From NCBI GenBank assembly GCA_963514005.1, contig OY740801.1, positions 19,282,001 through 19,346,000 on the forward strand: a DNA stretch of 64,000 nt, given 5' to 3'. Within the stretch, counting starts at the first letter, position 1. Each line of letters begins with the position of its first letter. The DNA is from Raja brachyura (lineage: Eukaryota). This document shows, piece by piece, positions 52,360-64,000 of the stretch. The notes under the pieces are model-generated. The model saw only the letters and a list, made by a program, of their open reading frames with translations, had not been told where the DNA came from and made no database searches. The position numbers and the translations under genes were made by a program.

Positions 52360-53125
52360 TGATTAGCTTCATATGTAGGAGGTAAGATTAATAAATTCAC
52401 TGACGACATAAAAATTGGTGGTGCTGGTGACAGTGAAGTGGGTAGTCGTGGCCTGCAGGATTATATTTCTCAATTGGTAAGGTGGACTAGCAGTGACAGA
52501 TGGGATTTAACCATGATATACGTGGCATTATGCGCTAATAAAAGCAGGACATGGACAATAAATAATAAGAGTCTGGGGAGTATTGAGGAGCAGAAGGCCG
52601 TTGGTGTATTAGGATCCGCAAAAGAAGCAGCACAGGAAGGCATGTGGAATCTTTTTCCTCCATGGCCTAGAATATCAGAGAAGGTAGAGGGTGCACAGAG
52701 GATGCACCAAGATGTTGCCTGGGGTAGATTGTTTCAATTACGAGGAGAAGCTGGAGAGGCCTGGTTTGTTGCCTTGGAGCGGAGGAGGCTGAGGGATGAC
52801 CTGGTTGAGGTATACAAAATTATAGGCAAGGTGCAAGCCCGGCACATGCCCTTTGCAGCGGCATCTTAAAGCAGGGGCATTGGGAAATGGGTAAAAGGTT
52901 TAGACTGGATTGAGGTTGAACAATTTTGAACTAAGAGGGTGGCTGGAATCTGAATCGTATTGCCGGAATGAGGGATGGATGCAGTTGCACACAATTATGA
53001 AGTATCAAGAAAAGCACGTAAATTGCCAAGGCATAAAGGTTATAGACCAAGTGGTGGTAAATAGTGTAGATGGATGCTTGATGGATGAGATGGGATGGTC
53101 CCGTTTTTGAGCTATACGACTCCAT
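52360..53125 (+). mobile_element. Degraded CR1 RT/3' fragment
   Basis: KFTDDIKIGG-like sequence (~52393) and LERRRLRDDLVEVYKI. Confidence 0.8.
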
Positions 53126-53414
53126 GAATTTCAGCAATAAGTTAAGCCTTCGGGTATGGTGCAGATCAGAGTTTCCGTTGTAGACCTCGGGGGGGGGGGG
53201 GGGGTGGAGTATGGCAGAGGTAGAGAATTAGGGAGCCACTGGGAATCTCAAGATCTGAGGAACTTCAGGGAGTGGTGGGGAGGATTGGAGAGGTCTTTGA
53301 GTTGTAGGAGGGGTGGGTGCAGAGTATAGGAAAGGGCCCTGAGTCTTTGAATGAAGAGTGGGGAATAATTCCTTGCAGAATGGGGTAGGGAGCAGGGAAC
53401 TGAACTTGAGAATG

Positions 53415-54490
53415 TAAGAAGTAGGTTCAGGAGTGGATCGTTTTGCCCCTCAAGCGTACAGTGCATTTTAATAAGATCATGGCTTCCTCAAACATAATTT
53501 CCCTGTTGTGTTCCCATTTCCCCTGATTCCTTTAATATCCAAAAATCTATCCATCTTTATATTGAATTTAATTAATGGCAGAGTCTCCACACTTCTCTCT
53601 GGGAGAGAAGTTTGAAGATTCATTGGTCTCGGCATGAAGAAATGTCTTCATATTTTAGCCCTAATTGATCAACAACTAATTTTGTCTCTGGGACTCTAGT
53701 TCTTGTCTCCTCATCCAGGAAAACCCCTTCCCCATGTCTACTCCGACAAGCTGTTTAAAATGTTCTGTCCCAGTCAGGTACCCCCTCGCTTAAACTATAA
53801 AGAATTGAAACTCGGTGTGTTCAGTTTCTCCTTGTATCACAAATTAGTGTGGAAGGATGCGCTGGCTCTGGAGAGGGTCCAGAGGAGGTTTACAAGAATA
53901 ATCCCAGTTAACGTTTGATGAGCGTTTGACGGCACTGGCCCAGTACTCACTGGAGTTTTGAAGGATGAGGGGGTACCTCATTGAAACTTACCGAAGAGTG
54001 AAAGGCTTGGATCGAGTGGATGTGGAGAGGATGCTACCACTAGTGGGACAGTCAAGGACCAGAGGTCATGGCCTCTGAATTGAAGGATGTTCCTTTAGGA
54101 AGGAGATGAGGGGGAATTTCTTAAGTCAGAGGGTGGTGAATCTGTGGAATTATTAGCCACAGAAGGCTATGGAGGCAGAGTCACTGGATATTTTTAAGTT
54201 AGAGATAGATAGATTATTTATTAGTATGGGTATCGGGGGTTATGGGGAGAAGGCAGGAAAATGGGACTAGGGGTGAGAGATCGATCAGACATGATTGAAT
54301 GGCAGAGTAGACCTGATGGGCCGAATGGCCTAATTCTGCTCCTCTCACTTTTGACCTTATGACATGGCCTAAAACGGCTCCTATCACTTATGACCTTTGA
54401 CATATCCATCAGCCTGGTGAATGTTCCCTCAATATCACGCACACTTTTAGGCAGGGAGAACAAAGTTGCGCCCAGTACTCCAGTTGTGAT
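53415..54490. mobile_element. Young plus-strand CR1 (53845-54400) nested in an older minus-strand CR1
   Basis: KDALALERVQRRFTRIIP peptide; duplicated tail ATGGCCTAA...GCTCCT...GACCTT at 54326-54400; the older element resumes at ~54405. Confidence 0.8.
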
Positions 54491-55379
54491 TGTTACCTTA
54501 CAAGGGTTTCAGCCCAGTGCAGTGTAATGAAATGTGGCTGCCTCGGGTGTGCCAAATGTATAGCCTTCCCACGGCAAAGTTTCAGGAGGACCTTGGAAAA
54601 ACAATAAGGTGCCAGATGCAACTGACGAGGAAATCACATTGGGGGCTCAATGGTGATTCAGTCATGTACGTTCCAGGTTATACCTCTGGAAATACATGAA
54701 ATGACCTGGAGAAGGGCATTATTGTATTTCATTTTGGAAAAAATTGATTTCCAATCGCACAATGCTGAAGGAAACAGAATTTTGAAATCGAACTTTTTTT
54801 CTTAAAGCTATACATTTAAGGTTTAATAATTCTTAATTAACTGGCACTCTCCTTAATTTGTGGCTGCTTTCTGCATATATTGGAGTCAGCCAGATGCAAC
54901 CCTGACTCTAATTCTGTATGCGCATCATATCCCAGTGTGATAGATGGATGATGTATTTATTTAATAAAGATAGATGGTCAGAAACGTTGATTGTATTTAA
55001 AAGACTCATTAAAGACCTCTGCTGATCATCATGACCAAATAAGTGACACACACCAGCTCCCGACCAACAGTTTGAACAAAGCAGCAATCTGTTCCAAATT
55101 TAGAATACCCCATTGGAATAGTCAATTTTCTACAAACAGAACTTTCAATCAACTTCCAGGGTGACCTTTGTCTTCTACAAAAAGGTCACAGCCTCGCGTA
55201 TAGTTTTTTTATCATCCACAGATTCAGACCTGATTGTATTTTATGGTTAGAAATCTGCCGTTGATGACTTGCACAGCAAAGGCTCTTATGTTTATACACC
55301 AAAATACAAACACTCTGTCTCCTGAGCTGTGCTGGGTTAATGATCACAGCCAGAGGATACTCCAATTAAGATCATCACA

Positions 55380-55585
55380 AGGTCATGCGATAGGAGCAGA
55401 ATTTGGCCATTTGGCCCATCAAGTCTACTCCGCCATTCAATCATGGCTGATCTATCTCTCCCTCCTATCCCATTCTCCTGCCTTCTCCCCATAACTTTGA
55501 GAATCTATCTGTCTCTGCCTTAAAAATATCTATTGATGGCCTCCACAGCCGTCTGTGGTAAAGAATTCCACACATTCACTATCAT
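55380..55585 (-). mobile_element. CR1-clade LINE 3' fragment
   Basis: Same tail as 23090-23355. Confidence 0.85.
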
Positions 55586-56146
55586 GCACTGACCACCACA
55601 TGTACTTCTCAGCTTCCAGTTAGAGGAGTGAGGCTGGTGGGAGAAATGTCAGAGTTTTGGCTTTTGTGTTACAAACCGTGGGGGGAGATTTTTGGTGGGC
55701 AATAAGAGAGGGTCTCAGAGGTAGGCTGGTGACTTCATGATCTGGGCAATTCAGGCAATTATGGATCCAGATTTCCACCCTTGGGTTAGCCTGCGAGAGA
55801 GAGAGGGGGGGGGGGGGGGGGGCAGAAAGGAAAGTGGAATGAGGAGGAAATCTCTAACTGATTGTTTGTTTCCAAGCAGAGTTTATTAATCTTTACTCCT
55901 GCTGAGGTGGAAATGACAAACACCAATTATAATGAGTGTTTAATGGAACCAGGTTCAATCCCTCATCAAGTGGACCACCCAATTATCTTAAACCAGTCAA
56001 TTGATCCAAGCTTTACTATTGTTTACCAGACCACTACCATACATAGGAGACCACTTTCATTTAATAGAGCACCTCCTCATGTTCCCACCATCACAGAAGC
56101 CAGTCTATAAGCAATTCAATTCACTCTATCTGAATCGAGGAAAAGG

Positions 56147-56468
56147 TTTAGTTTAGTTCACAGATATAGCGCGGAAACAGGCTCTTCAGCCCACCGGGTC
56201 CGTGCAGACCGGCGATCCCCGCTATCGTGGATCAACACCATCCTACACCCACTAGGGACAATTTACATTTATACCAAGTCAATTAACCTACAAACCTGTA
56301 CGTCTTTGGAGTGTGGGAGGAAACCGAAGATCTCTGAGAAAACCCACGCAGGTCACGGCGAGAATGTACAAACTCGGTACAGACGGCACCAGTAGTCGGG
56401 ATCGAACCCGGCTCTAGGCGCTGCTTTTGCTGTAAGGCAGCAACTCTACCGCTACACCACCGTGCCGC
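56147..56468 (-). mobile_element. HE1-like V-SINE, near full length
   Basis: (TTTAG)n tail, V-domain, B box (reverse complement GGATCGAACC) and head, with many CpGs retained. Confidence 0.92.
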
Positions 56469-56706
56469 TTATACCGTTATGGAACCAGACAACATTTCAG
56501 ATTTAGTTCTGAGGACCTGTGCTCTTGAACTGGCTGTGCCTGCAGCCATGCGGTTCCTATGCAGCTATAACTCTGGCAATGTGGAAAGTTGCCCAGGAAT
56601 GTCTTGTTCATAAGTTGGATAAATCAAACCTGGTTAAAGAAGGGATCCAACCTGAAATGTCACCCATCTTTTTTTCTCCAGAGATGCTGCCTGAGCCACT
56701 GAGTTG

Positions 56707-56862
56707 AGGGCCTGTCCACTTGGCCGTCATTTGCGCGTCACGCAGACGGCAGGTGAAGATTTTGTACATCACAAAATCCGCGCACGGCCGCGTGTCACTG
56801 CCTATGTCATCGCGCATCATGTGCGCCGTGACACGTAAATGATGTCAAGTGGGTCAGGCCCT
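56707..56862. mobile_element. Short Harbinger-like MITE inserted in a Penelope-type remnant
   Basis: TIRs AGGGCCTGTCCACTTG and CAAGTGGGTCAGGCCCT; the host motif GAGTTACTCCAGC is split at TTA (TTG 56704-56706, TTA 56863-56865). Confidence 0.85.
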
Positions 56863-57864
56863 TTACTCCAGCACTTTGTGTCTATCCTCTGGATATTTAC
56901 AGCCAGTCTTATCTCGATCAACAGCAGAGTCTTGGGAATGTTGTGAACAATGCTATGAAGTCGCACTTACTCAACAATAACTTGCCCATTTTGGGGTTCT
57001 CCAGGACCATTTGTCTCCAGACCTTGAGTTAGCCGTGGTAGGGACAGAATTCCTGGGTGATCACACTCTATGTCAAGGCCCCACTTGACTGAGTGTGGCA
57101 TCAAGGTGCTCTGATAAATCGGGTGAATGCGTTTCAAGGGAAAACACTCAAACTCACAATAGACGATGATCGTGGCTGCCAATGATCTATCATCTAATTT
57201 CCAGAATATCACTGCGGGAGTTCTTTGGGTCCATTCAGCTTCAGCTGCTTCATCAATAACCTGACTTGCATCAAAAGGTTACAAGAGATGTCCTTTCATG
57301 ATTGCAAAATCTTCAATTCAAATCACAGCTTCTCAGTAAATGAAGCAGCCACGATCTGGACAACATTCAGGCATGGCTGATAAGCGGAAAATAACATTTG
57401 CACCATGCAATTACAAGAGCAGGTGAAACACTGAATAGAAAATGTAAAAAAAAAATGTATAGTGGCTGGATATCTGAAATGTATCAGAAAATACGGGAAA
57501 CTCAGCAGGTCAGGCAGCATTTGTGGAGAGAGAAATAGAATTAACCCTTCAGGTCTTCATCAGATCTTCTCCCGACAGCCTGAAGACTTCCCTTTACAAG
57601 TTAGGGCATGGTAGATTACTTCCACTTCTGCAAGAGCATAGCTCTGACTCACAGGGAACTTCACACTTCTAGCACAAACAGACCATTTGTTTGACACCCA
57701 ATCGACCACCTTAAATATTTAATTTCCCAGTACCGGCATATGTCAGTGCACTACGTGCTATTCACAATATACACTGCAGCTAATCACTGAGGCTACTGCA
57801 ACACCACCTCCTAAACCCATGATCTTGGCTACTCAGAATGTGAAAGGCAGCTGGTGAAAGGGAA

Positions 57865-58164
57865 ATATAAACATGGAGCATAGAAGTTTTGAGGTCATGT
57901 TGCAGCCATATACAGTAAGACGGTGAGGCCGCATTTAGAATATTGTGTTCAATTTTGGGCACCATGTTACAGAAAAGATGTTGTCTAGTTAGAAAGGGTA
58001 CAGAGAAGATTTGTGAAGATGTTGCCAGGACTTGAGGGTCTGAATTATAGGGAGAGATTGAGCAGGCTGGGTCTCTATTCCTTGGAGCACGGGAAGATGA
58101 GGGGTGTAGTTGGGACATGTTGGGCCGAAGGGCCTGTTTTCCATGGTGTATAACTCTATGACTC
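57865..58164 (+). mobile_element. CR1 3' fragment flanked by a ~107-bp direct duplication
   Basis: 57758-57864 matches 58167-58272; the insert carries [14 protein letters not shown]-encoding sequence and a CR1 tail. Confidence 0.8.
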
Positions 58165-61100
58165 CACTATTCACAGAATGCACTGACTGTTCACTGAGGC
58201 TACTCCAACAGCACCTCCTCAACCCATGACCTCGGCTACTCAGGAAGAGAAGGGCAGCTGGTGAAAGGGAATATTAATAGCTGCAGGTTGCTTCACAGTC
58301 ACAAACTCTTTTTACTCAGTAATATATTGCCTCTCCCTCAGCATTAATGGGTCTAAACTGCAAGGAGGAAAGATTCAACGCTGTGTTAGTTTTAGTTTCA
58401 GATCACATGCAATATACTGTTCCATCAAAGTATTCTGTTAGTCCATCCCAGATGCAATGATGTAATGAATCGCCCTGTAAATTACTCTGTTATTGCACCA
58501 TCTGGTGCAGTTTCTGCAACTTAACCATAGCCTGCTAAATGAATCTAAATACAGCAATTCTTATGCGGTTGACTTTATAGAGCTCTCCCTGCCCGGGCGA
58601 GGAGGGGGGGGGGGGGGGGGGGGAAGGTTGTGGAGGGGTGCAGGCCAAGTGTCCCATGTCCAGTGTTGCTGACCGATCTGAAATGCTCAAAGACCCTCGT
58701 TTCCAGGACAGTAATGCCCCAAAATGACCACATTGCATGAGCTTTATATACAACTGAAATTCACTATTCACGTCTGGAAATGCAATGCAATCCATTTTGC
58801 ATCACTTTTGGAAATTAATCTGAGCACTCCCCAGAATGAGTCACCATTGTGCCCTGATGCATAGCTCACAGGATGATGACACACTTAGTGCAATGCTCTT
58901 TTTGAGACATTGAAGTAAAATCGTATTCATATTGTCCCAAGAATAACCACCTTTTGGACGTTTCCACTCTCCCAGCAGCTCTTTATTGGGCCACCCCCCC
59001 ATTCTTGGCTTCACCCCAAACCCCAACTTCCCAAGGCACTGGACAACCACAGCCACCACCAACACAAATTATTGCCTGCACTCCTGACCTTATGATCTTC
59101 ATTAATAACCCGCCACCCCCCTGCTCTCAACCCCAGCCCTTCCCCTAATGCTGGTCATCTCCTTACCCTGCACCCAAACCACTACAAATAATTCCAGATC
59201 AAAATTTCAGACTCTGAAATAAGTGTAATTTTCAGTAATGTCTAACATGGTTGGGCCTGCATAACACCACGTTGACTATTATGGAATTTCTAAACAGGTG
59301 ATTTAAGCCAGGGACACGCCACTGCGAGCTCTTCTGAAACTGACCACTTGTAGAGAATTATGTTTGGTCTCATACTGTCTGTGAACCGTTTTGTAATTGC
59401 AGCAAGCCATTTCCTGCAAATCCATAATAACTTGGCAAAGCATCAGAGCTGGTTTTAAGCACTACTTGCAAAGTGAATGGATGGTGTAGCAACCTTCTGT
59501 GTGATCAGGCCTTCTGTTTTGGTTTGCATTAACTTAAGTGCAGGCCAATATTTCTACATTGGGCTGTCTATTTTGTCTACATTGGACTGAGCTCTATTCC
59601 TCAGTGCTGACTTCACATTTCTTACATCTGTTGTGGCTGCCTGCTCTTTTCCAATGGCAACTTATGACCTCTTTTTAGTGAATTGGGTCTATTGTTCATC
59701 CCTTTCTCTCCCTCTCATGCTCTAATGGTGATGCAGTCTTTAGCCAGACCGCTGGCAACTCTCCCCATTATCCACCCCCACCCACTCCAACTCTTCCCAT
59801 TATCTGCTTGTTCTCTTTACAAAACCTAATCTCCCATCCCTCACCATTCAAGGGTGAAGAAATGGACCTTCAACATTTCTTTTGCTCCTCTCCTCCCACC
59901 TGTTTTATTTTCTCAATGGCCTCGAGATGTTAAAAACACTACATAACAACTATTTTAATTTCACATCAACCACCTTTAAACAGGAACCAAGAATGAATGA
60001 TTAATATAAATATTATCTATGTTCATTTCTGTTGGCCTTTTGGGATACCTTCAAATTCAAATTGAGAATGCTCTCTTTCAGAGAGAGTTATTAAGGATGA
60101 TGAGGCAATAGATTTGATGCCAGCATCATCAACCTTGGGTTAATGACTGCCTATCCTGTCCCACACCCTCTCATTAATATCAGCAGAGACGGCCATTAAC
60201 CTGAGGGCGATTGAAGAACTCAGCTATCAATAACCACGCTACTGGAGGCAGCATCAGGACTGCTGCTCACAAAGAAATACTAAACAATCTGAGAGGCGAA
60301 GGCAGCAAGGAAACAAAGATTTTGATTCCCGATGAGTGGCCTGGTACTGATTTACTTATAAGTTGATGTCTGGCTGTGTGAATGGTCCCAATGAACAATG
60401 GGGAAAATAACTACATTTGATTCTGTAACTACATCTGATTATCTGTACTGTTGAGAGGTTCATGGCCTAATGTGTCAGCTTATCAACAGTGTATGGAGCA
60501 TAATTGATACTGATGAAATGGTTCTGTGAAGACTTATGTTTCTGGTGCTCTGCTCGGTGTGTCCTTTACCAGTCCTCGGGAGGAGCTGACAGGCCGGTGA
60601 AAGACATTGATTGCTTCACTGCAGTGGGTGTCTGTTTGTGCACGTCATCGTCCGAGCATTCAGCTCACTCACACCAACTGTGCTCAGACAAGGTGGAAGG
60701 CAAAGCCTAAAGGCTGCTCCTTCAACGATAGAGGGACTCCACCCTGAGATGGCTTGAGCTCCTTGGGTCAGGGTTATGGAGGCTTGTCAGGGACGGAGTC
60801 TTTATCCCTTCTGCTTTCCCCACCCCTGCCTCCATATCCTAGTGATGAGAAATAAAGAGAGGAAAATGCTCTTAACCTGAGCCACTGTCACCTGTGTCTT
60901 ACTCTGGATGGGGGGGTGGAGAGAGGAAAATAGGTTACGTTTCAAGCGAGCATCAAGATCATATGGTGCTTGTTGACGACCTGTCCGGTGAGATGTGCAA
61001 CTGAATACCTATCGGGTGGATGTGAATAACCTGCAGCTGTACAGGAAGGTTAGAGATTCCTCTCCAGTCTCCCAGACAACATTTGTTCTCTGCCAACATT

Positions 61101-61503
61101 AGTCAGGATTATCATCATGGAGGGTGATGAGGAGTGATTTCCTGCCCACCTGTACCCTCCACTAACTGTGATAGAAAAATACAAAAAGCAAAATGCTATT
61201 AATCCTTAATTTCGTGCCTCTACCTTTTAGTATTTCTATTTACATAAAGGAATCTCCAGTATTTAATGATCAATAGTGATATCACTAAGCAGGAGGGAGG
61301 GAGAGACAGCACTGGGATGCACGGTTTGATGCTTTGAAAGGGGACAAAATTGTTAAAACACACATGTAATGACTGGCATATCAATGGTGGAAGCAAGAAG
61401 CAGTGTACTCGTGTATTATCCTGAGTTCAAGGAGAGTTGATATCGAACCGTTGCAGGGACTGCTATGTTGAGGTTTGGGAGGGATTTAATAGTAAGGGTA
61501 AAG

Positions 61504-61646
61504 ATACTTACCCTGCAGTGGGGAGACCGTGATCAAGAAGGCGATTCTCCCGGGACGAGGTTATCCCATTGCACCTCGCGGGTGTGCCGACAAATGCGGG
61601 ATACGTGACTGCTAGATTTTGTGGTAGTGTGGGACTGCGTTCGTGC
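61504..61646 (+). pseudogene. RNU1: U1 snRNA-derived sequence (pseudogene or variant)
   Basis: 5' ATACTTACC, stem-loop I with loop GATCAAGAAG (U1-70K site), loop II ATTGCAC (U1A site), AAATGCGGGA, Sm-like ATTTTGTGG and GGGACTGCGTTCG. About 14 nt are missing at the SL2/SL3 junction and the 3' terminal strand is absent. Confidence 0.93.
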
Positions 61647-61650
61647 AATA

Positions 61651-61943
61651 GGGCGGCCTGGTGGTGCAATGGTAGAGTTGCTGCCCTATGGTGCCAGAAA
61701 CTCATGTTCGACCCTAACGACGGATGCTGTCTGGACGGAATTTGTACAATCTCCCTGTGACTGTGTAGGTTTTCTCTGGGTGCTCCAGTTTCCTCCCACT
61801 TTCCAAACTCGTGCAGGTTTGTAGGTTAATTGGCTTCTGTAAATTGTCCCCAAATGTGTAGGATAGAACTAGCCGATTGACGGCCGGCGTGGACTCAGTG
61901 GGCCGAAGGGCCTGTTTCCATGCTGTATCTCTAAACTAAATAA
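61651..61943 (+). mobile_element. HE1-like V-SINE, full length
   Basis: tRNA-like head, V-domain and CR1-like tail GGGCCGAAGGGCCTGTTTCCATGCTGTATCTCTAAACTAAA. Confidence 0.92.
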
Positions 61944-62744
61944 AGCTTATCTTGGTGAGTTGAGTATTGAAACACAATGGAATTGATCTTATTGTCATGC
62001 AAAGCAGCACAAATCTAGAACAAAGTTTGACTATGGGATCTGGAGATTGCTGGTCAGGTCACAATTTATTGCCTAACCATAATTGTCCCCGAGATGGTGT
62101 GTGGTACTTCGTGAAGGTGCTCTCATAATGCTGTTGAGTGGGGAGTACGAAGATTTAGATCCATTGGATGATAGACAGTATTTCCAGGACAGACAGTGTG
62201 TGACTTACAGAGGATCTACATGTTCCCATGCACCATGCACTGTTTTTCTCGTCCTCACTGGCTTGTAGGTGCTGTTGGAGTTCTCTGTTTGAATATTCCC
62301 CCAGCTCAGCTCTGGGGGACTGTTCCATTGCCAAGAGACACCATGTTGGGAAGAGCACCCCTTCCACTAATTTAAAGATGCCATAGCATTGGACAGTGGG
62401 GAATGGGTAGTACACCTGCAGTCTTGCCTTAGATGCTTCCCTGGAAACATCCTGTCATAAAGCAGATTGACCGGTCAGTAATCCAGTAGGTGTGTACATT
62501 GACTGCAGTATTTATCAATCGCACCATACTAACTCACGGGTGAAATATTATAGGAGTTTTGGACCTTGTGACAAGTCCCAGTCACTGGCTATGTTGGATA
62601 TTGTAAAAGCGGTGTTACAGTGCACACAACCAGAGTCTAAGTAGTTGGCTGCAGTCTTGTGCACATTCCAAGTGAATAGCAAAGTGCTCCTCCATGCACT
62701 GAGCCTCTATGGCTTGAATCCTATTTGAATCAACAGGAAATTGG

Positions 62745-63432
62745 AGAGGTTTTCGGGCCGAAACGTTACCTATCTCCTTCGCTCCATAGATGCTGCTGCA
62801 CCCGCTGAGTTTCTCCAGCATTTTGTGCACCTAGGATAATGGAGGATTTGAGATTGGCATAATAATGGCAGGGGCTGCTTCTGATGCCAGGTGACAAGAT
62901 AAATATTCTTACCAAATCTGTTCACTCAGACTGGAATAAAGATTTCCAGATATTATTGTCTGAAGGACAACAATCTATCTGTAGAAGGGTCCTGACCCAA
63001 AATGTCACCTATCCATGTTCTCCAGAGAAGCGGCCTGACCCGTTGAGTTACTCTAGGATTTTGTGTCTATCCAAATATTACTGGTTGGTTTTACACATGA
63101 CAGATCTATATAATGTGTCTGCTACTTTCTTAAAACAAAACTGTTATAAGAAAAGTGCTGTAGTAACTCAGTGGGCCAGGCAGCATCTCTGGGGAACATG
63201 GATAGGTGACATTTTGGGTCAGGACACTTCTTCAGATTGATTGTAGTGGGGGGGAGGAAGCTGAAAGAGATGTGGTGGCGGAACAAAGCCAGGCAAGTGA
63301 CACTACTATCAGTCTGAAGAAGGCTCCCGATCTGAAACGTCACCTATCCATGTTCTCAGAGATGCTGCCTGACCCACAGAGTTACTCAAGCACTTTGGGT
63401 TTTTTTTAAACCAGCAACTGCAGTTCCTTGTA
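62745..63432. mobile_element. Cluster of Penelope-type remnants including an inverted pair (63152-63432)
   Basis: Repeated GAAACGT(T/C)ACCTATC...GATGCTGCCTGACCC...GAGTTACTC motifs in both orientations. Confidence 0.75.
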
Positions 63433-63532
63433 TCAACATCTCTTTGATATACGGAATGAACTTAAACCAGGATTTATCTGTGCCACTGCAAACACTTCAA
63501 ACTTGGTGTGTGAATACCAGCCGTGCCACTGT

Positions 63533-63825
63533 GTGGGTGGCACAACTGGTAGAACTGCTGCTTCACAATGTTAGAGATCCAGATTCGATCTTGAGCTCAG
63601 ACGTTGTCTGTGTGGAGTTTGCATGTTGTTTTCCTTGAAGTGTTCCAGTTTCCTCCCACATCGCAAAGACGTGCAGGTCTGCAGGTTGATTGGTCTCTGT
63701 AAATTGCCCCTGGTGTGCAAAGAGCTGATGCAAAAGTGGGATAACATGGATCTAGTGTGAACAGGTGATTAATGGTCGGCATGGACTCGGTGGGGCCGAA
63801 GGGCCTGTTTCCACGCTGTATCTCC
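63533..63825 (+). mobile_element. HE1-like V-SINE
   Basis: Head GGTGGCACAACTGGTAGA, V-domain and GGGCCGAAGGGCCTGTTTCC tail. Confidence 0.9.
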
Positions 63826-64000
63826 CCATCTGCCAATGAATCAACCAGGCAACTCGTTGAAATGTTTCATTCTTACATCTCAGCTTAGAGATATCATATA
63901 TCTAAAAAGGTCAATTTGCCACTGATTAAATGCAACTTGCCGTACAGCATTGGTGCACAATGTTTCAGGTAGGATATAATTAGGCCAGGCAGAATTTGAT

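Overview
Eukaryotic, repeat-rich vertebrate genomic DNA, most likely from a cartilaginous fish (skate/ray-like). This is inferred from HE1-type V-SINEs with (TAAAC)n tails, CR1/HER1-type LINE tails and SacSINE1-like DeuSINEs, all recognised from memory of family consensus sequences rather than by a database search. No intact protein-coding gene could be recognised; the ORF track is almost all transposon debris or chance ORFs. Supported features: two dead Tc1 transposons in opposite orientation, two PIF/Harbinger-type MITEs with 3-bp TTA-type target duplications, many CR1, Rex1/Babar and L1/Tx1 fragments, tRNA-derived SINEs, about 15 Penelope-type terminal-repeat remnants carrying degenerate hammerhead-ribozyme cores (several as inverted pairs), and a U1 snRNA copy joined head-to-tail to a SINE. 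A CpG-rich, repeat-poor domain (~13.6-20.9 kb, weaker at ~24-30.5 kb) holds a candidate first exon, a wide-spacer REST/RE1 site, RFX X-boxes, a minus-strand TATA box and homeodomain-motif-rich blocks. This suggests the regulatory region of an unidentified neural or developmental locus. Repeat boundaries are approximate unless a TSD or TIR is quoted.
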